Below are positions 52,790 to 64,000 of a stretch of DNA of 64,000 nt, in pieces. Origin of the DNA: Lingula anatina (Eukaryota; Animalia; Brachiopoda); the NCBI GenBank assembly GCA_051362555.1, contig CM120642.1, forward strand, positions 9,424,001 through 9,488,000, given 5' to 3'. Every line of letters begins with the position of its first letter. The stretch's first letter is position 1. The translations under genes and the position numbers were made by a program. The notes beneath the pieces were generated by a model that was given only the letters and a program-made list of their open reading frames with translations, did no database searches and was not told where the DNA came from.

Positions 52790-55700
52790 CTGCAAAAGAC
52801 ATAAGATAATTCGCCATCACAATGCAAACATAGATGTACATGTACTATAGGCAAAGATAGTAAATAATTGATGTTTATGAGGAATTTATACATTTAACTT
52901 AACATACCATACCTTGTTGTCGTTTATCCCAATGAATATTATGTATTTATCCGCATGAATAATATCGTCTTTCCACTTCGTAGCCATCATATACATCAGA
53001 AAATCCAATTCATCTGAGCTCCGAATGCTAAATAGTAGAAACATTTATTATTTTGTTGTGTGGCAAAACATTAAGTCACATTTTGACTAAAAACCACTCT
53101 TGCTTTATTTTTCATAAACACATAATCAGTTTATAAATTAATTCAAGGTTCAATTTAAAAAGATGTAGCAACTTTGCATTGTAGGTTACGGTTTGAAACA
53201 CTGGACTGAGCTTTGAATACAATGTGATAAGTGTATGAATTTATGGCTACTTGCGTGTATGTCGAAATATAACTTATAAATCCAAATAGATACTCTGCAG
53301 AGAGAGAGAGAGAGAGAGAGAGATGCCACAGGCCAGATCCCAATCTAGTCCAGTTACTAACTGGATTAGGCAAAATCTCAGTTGGATCTTTGCATTATTG
53401 ACACCATAATGAGCATGTTAAATAGCCACGTAATTTACAGGTGGGCTGCCAGTTTAATTCTTGGATGTTATTATATAAATGAAATATTGATAACTTTCCT
53501 TGCCACACCTTTAATAAAATTGACATTCCTTTACTAAATACTTCAACTGATCTACATGTAAATGCTTTTTTTCTTCACCATCAAATGTTTTTTTAACAAC
53601 TTAAAATGAATACAACAAAATTCCATTTGCCAGACCTTCAGTTTAATATGATATACCCTGATGTACAGTATACCATCCACAATTTGACTACACGTGACAT
53701 ATATACAAACAAACCGGCAGTTCACCTGCAAATTACTTGGTCAATTAACTCATTGGCTCGTTATGGTTTTAACAATGCAAAGACTCAATTGGGATCTGAC
53801 CTGCGACATATATAACTTACAAATCCGAATAGATACACTGGAGAGAGAGAGAGAGAGAGAGAGAGAGGGGAGCGACGGACAGATAGGCCTATCTACCAGT
53901 ATGCGTACCATACCTTACAAGCGTTGCTCCTATAAGTTCACATTGCTCATTTGCTGCATTCCACGTGGTGCGATTACCCGGTATCCACGTTAACTAAGAA
54001 AATCGGACAAGAAAAATTTTTATATAAACGTTCATTCAAACATTTTTCTGTGGTCTTTCTTTTCTACGAAAACTGTAAACACTTACTGACATTATAATAA
54101 CGCGTCATGAAGTATTAATTTTACCAACAATCAGCAAGCAAGTATGAGATAGAGAGGGAATAGGCTTTTTGCAGCCAGATGACAAGGTGTTGACTTTTTT
54201 GTTTACTGAAGAGCTTGCTGTCCAGCATTCTTTTGTTTACTTGATTTACCGTCGAATTATCATTTGGAAAAACTTTGTAGCACTTGTCATTCCAGAGCTG
54301 CCAGTTTGGAGCACAGCTTTTGTTCTCTTTCCTCTCTTCATTGTCCAGTAGAGGTGGTGATTTGTAGCTGAAAAATAAAGATATTAGGCTACATCAATTT
54401 GGATTTGTAGAAAGAGGCAGGTGGGGGAGTAGGGGTGGATTAAGCCGTTGCTTTCTTTCATGAGTGCGCATAAGTTTGCGTTTCAGTACACACTATCTTC
54501 ATTGAGACTGTAAATAGGTTTTGTAACCTAAGGTTAGTAAGATTTAGCTTAGAGAGAAGCAACGGAAGAATTGCAAACGCTTTATTATTTGAAGTGTCAA
54601 AACCACTTACGTGAATAAGTTAAATGAAAAACTGATATCCTTGTGTCTTGATGCACTTGGTATCATCTCAACGCGGATCTAGAGAAGAACGGAATATCAA
54701 AGAAATACTCTTCAAATTGTAACAGGAGCAACGCTACTTCATAACACATCTACAAGTACTTTAGATTTACTCACATTTTCCTCTTTTTTCTCTAAAAGAA
54801 AAGTGGTGACGTCATCCTAATAACTAAACGGTTGTGACGTTGATGACGGGTGATGGTCAATGTGACTTTTTTTTTTTTTTTTTTGAAAATTCAACTACAT
54901 CCGTTACCTTATAACTCCCAATGGTGCGGTGAGTATAGGGAGTATCGTTTCTGCTCACAGCGGCAATCCCTCGCCTGCACACGGGCACGTCTAACCTACA
55001 GAACTCCGTTATATTATATCTGGGTTCTAGGAGAGAGACGCTGCTTCCACCAGCCGTGTCATCGTCACATGTCTGCATCGCAGAACGGTCTCTGAAGTAC
55101 ATCTCATAATATTCTCCCTCTTGAGAATCATCCCCCATCCCAATGACCATTTGGTAATATACTCCGTTGAGTTTACCCGAGTAACTGCAGTGGGAGACGG
55201 CGCCACAAATAAGGGGGAGAAAGATGAAGCTCTGCGTCCTCTCTCTGTATATTTCTGGTTTTAAGTTACAAACAGATTTCGATATATTGCTAACTCTTGC
55301 TCGGATTTTGATGAAGTGTTTGCTAAACCCGCACTGTCTATTGTTGAAGTAATTTATGGTAACATTGTATGCGACCATTCTCTTCGGCATGACGATTGTT
55401 TCGCCTTCAAGAAGAAAGAGGGCGCTGGCGCAGTCCTTTCGGTCGTCTGCGTCGATAAATTCAGAGGTTATTATCAGACGATCTATGCTTTCTTTGGCCG
55501 AGATCACAATTGTAAAATTGTCAGCTGAGGAAAAATTCAATTTTTTGTGAAAATAACGGTACATTATGAAAAGAAATTATAAACTATCAAAATTGTACAA
55601 AGTATCCAACCAGAAGATATAGAAAATAGGCCTACTGGTAAAATTTTGGCTCAGAATAAATGGTTAGCAGTAGAGACCTTATAAGATATAGGCCTATCAT

Positions 55701-58390
55701 TTGCAAATGTAATTCATTAATTAAGTATCAGTTGCTTTATAAAAAGTATAAATCATTAATGACAAATACATCAAACATAAACAGCTATACAGGGGCGGAT
55801 TTAGGCCGTCTTGTGGGTCTTCCGGAAGACGGTCAGATTTTCAAGTTTACATTGATGGGTATCTATTTTTTTCTGTCGGAAGACGGTCAAAAATGGAGGT
55901 TGGATCAACAAAGATAATTTGGAAGACTGTCAGAAAATATCTCTGGATCCGCCCCTGGCTATAATCAAAATCTAATGCAGCAAAAGTTGACAGACGTCAT
56001 TTACCAGATCGGAAATGCATGCTACATCAGTTTTTTATGCACGTGTGTGTTTATGTGATCATTCTACAAAAAAGAAAAAAAAATCGAAATTCCCGAATAT
56101 TCCCTGCTGGCTTACCTTGCCCCATCCTCATTCCAACGTCATAGATCTCAACGTAGGAATAATTGAACGTCTTCTCATTGATGACAAGCGATATAGTGAT
56201 CCCTTTTCCTTTCTCTCTGTGTTCAACATATTCTATTTGGTACTGTGTCGGGGTGGGATTCTTTGAAGTAAACAGAGGTAAGAAAAAACAATATAATAAG
56301 CTGAAGTGCGTTCCAAACTTAAAGCCAGTATAGTATTAAAACTTTCAAATTCACTGAGCTACAGGAATAATGATTACCTAATAGATTACTATAGATAGCC
56401 ATTATAGATAAATAAATGAGTACGTTAATTGAATAAACAATTAATTAATTCAGTAATTGGCCATTAAATCAGGTGAAGGATTTAGTTATCAATTTAGTAA
56501 TTGAATCCATTAACAAACCATTAAACTGCAAAGAACAAATTAGATGAATGCAATAGCACTACCTGGTTGTCAGCACTCAGAGGATGAATCTTGTGTTGCG
56601 GACCGTCAGTTTTTGAAGCCGCTACAGTGAATTTAAGAGTAAAGTCTTTTGTGAGGACGCCTACTGGCTCGTGGTAGATGATGATGATTAAGGACCTGCT
56701 TCTCGACTGCAGCTTTTGATTAAGTAGTGCACTGTTCTCCTTAGCTAAAATGGAATACGACTTTGCATTTTGTTGATATTCTTGTTACAAAAATTATGTC
56801 CGACTAATAGTCACTATATAATGTCGCAATTTGGCGGTTACGATGTTAAAATCATTTATTTGGAGCCTGATTATACCTGCTGCCCAGGACAAATCCTTGG
56901 GCAATATATACACAACTTAACTACTTACAGCCATTATTGTAGGGGAGACCGGGGCTAGTTGGACCCCGGGGTAAGTTGGCCCCCCGTCAATTTATGAAAA
57001 AGTAATTACGAGGTAAAAAAAATTGGCCACATACTCCTGTAAAGTGACCGTAGCCTACAATAATTAGGAAGTGTCGGACGTTAAAAAGTTTAACTTAAGC
57101 GGTGAGTCCAAATAAACGATTTTTGCACCTAAAAGTAATTTTGTTAAAGAGAATTAGAATCTATTTTCATAGGCTTTTAATCGAATATAAGATATGTATA
57201 GGGCATCAAACTGAAGCTCATTGTTTCAAGTTTCATAGAGATATATCTTCGTTGCTCATTCTAGCATCATAAATGGCTGTCATCCTTTAAAATAAAAAAG
57301 GTGCACCCGGAGCCAGTTGGCCCCGTAGACTCGGGGCAAGTTGGACCCTTATATTACCCACAATACTTTGCGCGCAACGCTGTTTGAAATAAACAAGTTG
57401 GTGAAATTGACAAAGCTTGCCGGTGTTTACCGTCTGATTGGTTTTATTTAATTTGCTATCTGGTGTCTTTTCGAAAATTTATATTAGAAATGTTCTGTTG
57501 ATTGTATGTATTAAAAAGCAAATCCATTGGACTTTCCTGAGAAAAACAAATTTTGCCTTAATTCATTTTAAGGGGATTCCCTTTGTATTTATAGTGTTAT
57601 ATAGGGGATTTTTCACCCCTCCCTAGCTAGAGACCATTGTTGAAACAAACTCAATGGTTTAAAACTGAACTTGTTAATTTCTTTTAAAACGAAAATTTAT
57701 TATTCGTTTTCATTCATTAAAAACCTGATTTATTAATATATTCTTAATTAAAACAAAACAAATTTTATTGATAGATATTTTGATTCTTGTAACACATCCC
57801 CCCCCCCCTACAATGTGACGTACGGAAACCTCAAAAATCTGCCTCATTTGAACTATTTATTCATCAAAGACTCTCAAAAATCAATTTAATAAATTAAAAA
57901 TGTATAAAAATGTATTTTAAGGCGTTTACATGGGATATATACTTCATTTTCGTATAGGGGGGCCAACTTGCCCCGACCATGGAGCCAACTTGCCCCGTAG
58001 GGCAAGTTGGCCCCCTTGACGTCGACTGCGTTTTTTGTCAAATTGTGAGCCATCTGGCATTATATTTGAAAAATAATGATGTTGCATACGTAGCTTAGTT
58101 CATGGGCCTTACTTTAAAACCGGTTTTGTTACTCTAACTCATTCCTACATGTAGTTGGCTCTACAAGGCCAAACGTGTCTAACTGGGCCAACTAGCCCCG
58201 GTCTCCCTTAATTCAGCTATGACGTAACTAAATAATGACCGAAAACTGAGGTAGAATGGACATGATACAAATATAAGATTATTTCAGGGAACCACATTCA
58301 TGACTGCTGTTATTTGCACTTCCTGAACATCAATTTTGCATATGCCTCACAAAAAAAAAAAATAATAAATAAATAAATAAATAAATAAAC

Positions 58391-58422
<32 letters not shown>

Positions 58423-60552
58423 GTACAAAATAACGTAGGCGAATATTGTTAAATATAAAATCTTCCCGACGGTACAGCATGCGCACACACCGAAGGAACA
58501 AGCTGACAGCCATCATATAGGGTGTCTGATTCATTTCACTTACTTAATACCGTGTCTTGTCAAATATTCAGTGAGATGGACATAGGGCCGGTAATAACCA
58601 GTAAACAGCTGTTGATGTCAGGACCCACTTCCCCCGTTTGTTAGTTTTTCCCTTTAATATGGGCTTTTCAAGTAATAAAAGTTACATTTCCTACCTGTTC
58701 CACACAGTGGTGCCTCCCCAAACAAGTATTCCCTACTGTCAACATCATCGCTGTCAATAATAACAATTCCGCCATATCCACAGTAATCAAACGAGTACGG
58801 AGAAAAATCTATTTGGTTGATTGTTACGCTCAAAACACGATAGCCGTTACGATCACCCAGTCCAAACCGGAATACCAGGTAGGTAGAATCGTTTTTAGAT
58901 TCAAACGCGTATTCTTTAGGATCGTCTCTGACTGTGACAGTGCGTGCCGCGACGTCATCTGTTGACAGATACCGGTCTCTTTGGCCTAGCTGGGATCTAT
59001 CTCCGACCTTCCTACACTGAGGTGGGCCTTGTTCCTCACTGTGGCTCTCCTCACAATCTATCAAAACGGGCAGACTTTTGTATGTAAAATTCATGGCAAA
59101 GTCACCAGAGCTGTCAACCGGTTCGAACACTTTAACAAAAACCTGAAACGAGTCAACCAGGATGGAGTTACCAGGCATGCTGTTGTTTTCGCTGAAGCTG
59201 TTATTAGAACTGATATCCAACATTGGGAACACTATCTCCCCATACTCTGAGGGACCTCTGTGGATGATTATATCCGTCCCGTTCAAAAACGTTGAGTTTA
59301 GGTTCCATGAAAGACGGAGCCTTTTTCCAACCTTGGTCCGTATGAGCCACTCATGATACCGCCGTCCTGCCGCCACTGCCACCAGCGTAGAGTTATCCAC
59401 AGAAAAAGTATGAGCTTCCACTGAGTCATCGTCAAACCTTTCGAATGTCGACCTCGTCCTCAAATATTTGTCCTTGGCGAAAGTATCATAAAAACCGTCA
59501 AACCCCCGACCCTCTATAGAACGGTCTGTTTTAAGAGATAGTCGCATGAAGTTACCGGTAGAGTAGACGCTAAAAGGCGGATGCCGTCCGCAGTAGCGGC
59601 CAATTTCTACCGAATTTTCGTCGTAGACTGCCACGAAGTCGTTAATGCACCCTGGACTATACTCTACATCGAAGTCTTCGAAGGTAAAGTTAAGGGTCTC
59701 GATAATACCGGGCTTAAGGCGTATGGTCGAGGAAGCCTGCCCTTTCTGTCCGTTGATGCGTCCACAACGAGAAGTGAATTCTCCCTGTGAGTTTTTCTGG
59801 CCACAAAATTTGTCCAAACAATTGCTGAATTTATCCAGAGCGCTCACGAACGTTGGTTCTGACACTGCAAAAACATCCAAGTTTTAAAATGGAGATGTTC
59901 TCGAGTTGTGTAAAATGAATGAAAGGTTAATTGAATGAACAAGAAGATGAACAATGAATACAAATGAATATGTCCATTGATTATCTAATCAAATTTCAAC
60001 TAACAAACTGATTCAAATAGAAGTGCGCAAACCGAACAATCATCCTGATAACTGAATGAATAAATACGTGAGTAAGTGAATGAATGAATACGTGAGTAAA
60101 TGAATGAATTGGAAAATAAACAAATAAATAAATAAATAAATTACTAGTTGAAACCGAAGCAAGATATTTTAAGCGATTTTTTATTGACCAGTCCACCATT
60201 AACCAATTACTGTTCATTAAAATAATGAAGAAGCCTAATTACAGACTCATTTAACATCAGGTCTCTTATAGTGCCTTCTCTCGGAGAAGGCACATGACTC
60301 AAATTCTCTCACATTCTATTTACAACAAATTAACGAAAATTTCTCAATATTTGGACTAAACTAGCATGAGTGTTGAGTGTACTGAACGGAAAAGATAAGT
60401 CCACACTTACGAATATCTTCATAACAAGCGTCGGCATGGCGCACGAGAGGAGTGTCAGGAAGATCCGTGCCGCTCGTTAACGTCCCGGCCTCAGACCACG
60501 AGACAAACGCCAGAAATGAGAAGGCAAGGAACGCCATCACGTATAGTTTCAT
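49298..60552 (-). CDS. Paralogue B: giant GRL101-like GPCR with the same CUB-CTL-LDLa-LRR-7TM architecture; 10 coding exons, ~2042 aa
   Basis: Manual splice model (minus): 60552-60411, 59864-58695, 56744-56563, 56260-56116, 55524-54908, 54678-54611, 54367-54250, 53993-53914, 53027-52913, 52789-49298. Total 6129 nt, open frame, all GT-AG. Exons 3, 7 and 9 have the same lengths as in A (182, 118, 115 nt). Clear signal peptide MKLYVMAFLAFSFLAFVSWSEA. Confidence 0.87.
54908..55524 (-). CDS. Paralogue B exon 5
   Basis: Within the 235-aa ORF; cctcag|CT acceptor and AAG|gtaacg donor; homologous to A exon 5. Confidence 0.85.
55790..55957. mobile_element. ~170-bp MITE (CAGGGGCGGAT TIR) in intron 4 of paralogue B
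   Basis: Perfect 11-bp TIRs and a perfect 6-bp TSD gctata; same family as 41964-42133. Confidence 0.88.
56942..58208. mobile_element. Non-autonomous Tc1/mariner-pogo-like DNA transposon in intron 2 of paralogue B
   Basis: TA|GGGGAGACCGGGGCTAGTTGG ... CCAACTAGCCCCGGTCTCCCT|TA (21-bp TIR, 1 mismatch, TA TSD). Internal GGGGCAAGTTGGCCCC-like repeats near 56968, 57310-57350 and 57960-58015. No ORF. Confidence 0.85.
58695..59864 (-). CDS. Paralogue B exon 2: CUB plus degenerate CUB-like segments
   Basis: 408-aa ORF; tttttgcag|TG acceptor; FEDFDVEYSPGCINDFVAVYD..GRYCG..LKTDRS..GRGF. Confidence 0.9.
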
Positions 60553-61329
60553 GACTGTTTCCACAATATCTGAAACTATAAATGATAACATGTAAGTGCT
60601 ATTAGCATGCAGCCAACCAGAAATGTATTGAGATCATTTAAATTGGTCTTATCATGAATGCAACGTCTGTGCAATATTTTTGACTTGCTCGCATTCTGTA
60701 TTCAGTGCGTTTAAAAATCAAAACAAATAGTATTTATTAAAAGTATATGTCAATCTAGAGGCATTTTACACACCATTCGGTTTGTTGGAAACGAAATGTC
60801 TGTTCATCTGTGTTTGAATGACATGCAATAAATGTTCCAAAAAAAAAAAAAATGCTTGTTAAGTCAAATCTGCTCAGAAAAAAAAGTACCCGAAAACGTA
60901 AATGCTGTTTATTTTTTGTCTAAATAACTTGTATATAATAAAATATGTAGTGCATATCCCTGGTTTCTAGCACGCATGCAGGGGTGGTTCCAGAGATACA
61001 GACTTGACATTTAATATGGAATATTTCAGTTTCGAAGGTATGCCTAGGTAAAAATGCGTTCTTTTTTCCAAAAACTCCGATCTCATTAGTGTGTCGCTAC
61101 CAATTAACTGACTACCAGGTCTGTTGCGCTGCTGTGTAATATGCAGTGATGTAGTTGGGTAGTGCTCCTTTGGACAGGCCAAAGCTTGGCTTTGGCAAAG
61201 CATGGTTCTGTCAAAAAAGTATCCATATGTCGGCAACTACTGCATAGAAGTATTTGAAATTTTGCATGCAAGCGGTCGGTTTTGCAGTAAGGAAAATGAG
61301 CTTAGCACTGCTTTACAAATTTGTTAATC

Positions 61330-62300
61330 TGTGGCAGAATGGCGCGAAAAGACAGACATTGCCAGACAGATAATTGTGCCAAAAGAAACGGTCCGCAAAG
61401 TTTTATACAGTAATGCCCAGACTGATGTACCTACACAGAGGCCACACCCAATGTATCCAAATCTCACCGCCAAGGTACGGGACCCACTGTATTTCGGCAT
61501 ATGGTGCTGCAACTAAACAAAAACCACCCAGTCCGCTCAGAACGAGGGGTAAATTGCTACCAAAACGCGTTTTTCAAGGCCCTAAGCGAACACCAAAGTG
61601 GTTGTAGCAGGTTAGAATACCAGACGACCTCCGAGGAATCTCACTGTAAACAGCAAAACATCGTTGTCTGTTTCTCTAATGCATTGGGGACCTTGAATGT
61701 TTCTGGGTTGAACACTGAAACCGCATGGCTCTCCTTATTGAGGTCAGATTTCACCTGTACCGCTCGACTAGTCCACAAAGAGTTTACAGACATCCAGAGG
61801 AGGCCTACGACAAGCGTGTGCCGCGTCTAAAGTGACTAAGGTCATTAACAGCGTCAGTATTTGTAGTGGATACCACATTGGTGCCAAAACACTAATGATA
61901 GTCATCAACGAAAACCTGAACCAGATCAAATAAAGGAATAATCTGGGAACCACTTGACTATCATTTAATCTAGGGGGCACCTTAGGAACAATTTTAGGTT
62001 GCACGGTGAGAATGCCGGTTCACACAGAGCACTTTTAGTAGCAGATAACTTACAGAACCAAGGGAATGAGCAGGTCCTTGGTCATCAAAATCGCCATATT
62101 TGAACCACACAGACAATATGTGGGTAGGCCATTACTCGCCGATCCAACGGCCTACATGTCCTACAACAAAACTGGACCAAATTGGGCAGATTTTGACCGA
62201 TGCCTGGAATATCATTCCAGATTGAACTCTAAAAACCTAACCCAAGGAATGCCTTGCCGCTTGAGAGCGCTGGTAGCAGCCAGAAGATGTAAGGCGTAAC
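61330..62300 (+). pseudogene. Fossil Tc1-like transposase
   Basis: Fragments in shifting frames: DIARQ..KETVRKVL (HTH-like); GENAGSHRALLVADNLQNQG (~62005, like QDNARPHRA..V..YL); PWSSKSPYLNHTDNMW (~62076, like WPSKSPDLNPIENMW); MPCRLRALVAAR (like SMPRRL.AVI.A.G). Many stops and frameshifts; TIRs not found. Confidence 0.75.
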
Positions 62301-62630
62301 AGTGACCGTTACTGTGACTAGCCACTGATATGAGGGTCCTTTGTGGAGAGTGAAACTCTTTTACAGACGATAATTTGGAAAATATAGAGATCCAAAATAT
62401 CTCTTTTAATGGTTGTCGTATGGCATAGAAAAGGCAATGTATTTTTGTTTGCTTCTCTGGCGAATTCAGTTAATGAACTGATGACACAATGACATCAAAA
62501 AGATAACTAAAAGTTATTAAAACAGGATTTTAATCCTTATTTTCATTTATAAGTCAGCAAAATAGGAAAAAACTGATGAAAAATGATTTGGAAAAAATAT
62601 TCCATATTAAATGTCAAGTCTGTATTTTCT

Positions 62631-62744
62631 GACAGTCTTGCAAATTATCTTTGTTCGTCCATCCGCCATTCTTGACCGTCATCCGACAAAAAAATATAGA
62701 TACCCGTCGATGTAAATCTGGCAGTCTTCCGGAAGACCCTGAAG
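62631..62744 (+). mobile_element. Older TIR-less copy of the 170-bp MITE family
   Basis: gacagtctt.caaattatct.tgtt...tccgaca(a)n.agataccc.tc.atgtaaa...gtctt.cggaa.accc aligns with 41990-42113. Confidence 0.7.
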
Positions 62745-62805
62745 CATGCGTTTAACTTATCTCAAGGAAGGTCAAATTCGCACTACTTTAAGTACCCCCC
62801 TAACC

Positions 62806-62838
<33 letters not shown>

Positions 62839-63149
62839 GGCATAATTCTCAAGATACTAACTAACGATATATTCGCACTGTCGATTGAACCTCACCAATG
62901 TAGCCTACGTGTTAAATCACTGCATTCCTGGTGCCTGCTAAAAATCTGGATTAAAATCTCTTTTGTTAAAATTGATTTGAATTCGAGTTAATTAGGCAGG
63001 GCATATGTATTCTAACAGACATAATCTTTCCAAATGACTCTTTTTTCACATTCATGCATCAGCTAGAGAGTCTACAAAAGCACCATAATTTATTATGTTC
63101 CAATCTTTGCGTTTCTACAGATATAATGTATATATCCCCTGGAGGGTCT

Positions 63150-63416
63150 TAGCGCTTGAATAATAGGACAAGGAAATAAGACCTCTGTCAAATACTTTTC
63201 TACAAATCACGAGCCTTGCTTTCAATTTCCCCAATTCATCATTATCAAATATGCAAGTAAATCGATTATGGTCCATTCTTTGCATTTTTCGCCTCATGGG
63301 TTTTAGGGCTTGAAGAATAGAATAAGGAAAAAAGACCTCTGTACCTCGCTACAAATCATGAGCCTTGCTTTCAATTTCCCCAATTCATCATTATCAAATA
63401 TGCAAGTAAATCGATT
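63150..63416. repeat. ~149-bp-period tandem duplication
   Basis: gagccttgctttcaatttccccaattcatcattatcaaatatgcaagtaaatcgatt is identical at 63211 and 63360. Confidence 0.9.
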
Positions 63417-64000
63417 TCCACGGTCTGGCGTAATGGATTAGTTTAAACAGTGTCATAACCAACTGGGCTTTGATACCACATGGCTTTTGTCTTGTTTTAT
63501 TTGCTAAACAAGTAGATTTCTATGAACAGCAAGGATCCAAACACTAGCAAGGATGACAACAGTATAGCTTACACCAAACGAGACAGCCTTCCATTTGCAA
63601 TTTATTTCCCAAACTTACTGTCTTACTTTTTTGTGTGAAATCCGCAAACATGGATTACTTTTGTCTAAACAGTATATACGCAATAAAATGTTACGTCCCC
63701 CCTCATGATGCATGCACGTATGCGTATCATTTGTCTCACAAGGGACAAAATTGCAAACTATTTTTAAGATTCCCCTACCCCCCCCAAAAAATAATTTGCA
63801 ATGGCATAACAGTAGAGCATTCATGTGCATCAGAAAAAAATGACCAAATTTCTAAAAAAAAAAGTAAAATATATGTACATACATATATCATATTGCTTGC
63901 GAACAGACATTAACAGGACAAAAAAGGATGAAACTTGAATACTAGCGGTTTTAATTCGCGTCTTAACATGTTGTGATAAAAAAAACATAAACGAAGAAAT

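Overview
AT-rich, intron-containing invertebrate animal DNA (probably lophotrochozoan; not provable from this window). Left end: first coding exon of a SNAG-domain repressor of the Gfi1/senseless type (minus strand, ATG 4384) with a plausible core promoter; no zinc-finger exons are recognisable in the window. About 4.4-36 kb is a gene desert with microsatellites and non-autonomous DNA transposons, including a 1.4-kb fold-back element carrying 11 perfect CGTGGGAA (CSL/Su(H)) motifs. The right half holds two tandem minus-strand paralogues that I assembled by hand into 10-exon genes with matching intron positions and phases (about 2076 and 2042 aa). Both encode very large GRL101-type (LGR type C) GPCRs: signal peptide, CUB plus degenerate CUB-like units, an unassigned Cys region, two C-type-lectin-like domains, about 7 LDLa repeats, LRRs and a rhodopsin-class 7TM. 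The whole LDLa-LRR-7TM core lies in one ~3.5-kb exon. One paralogue needs a GC-AG intron. MITEs, a Tc1 transposase fossil and an RTE LINE relic are also present.
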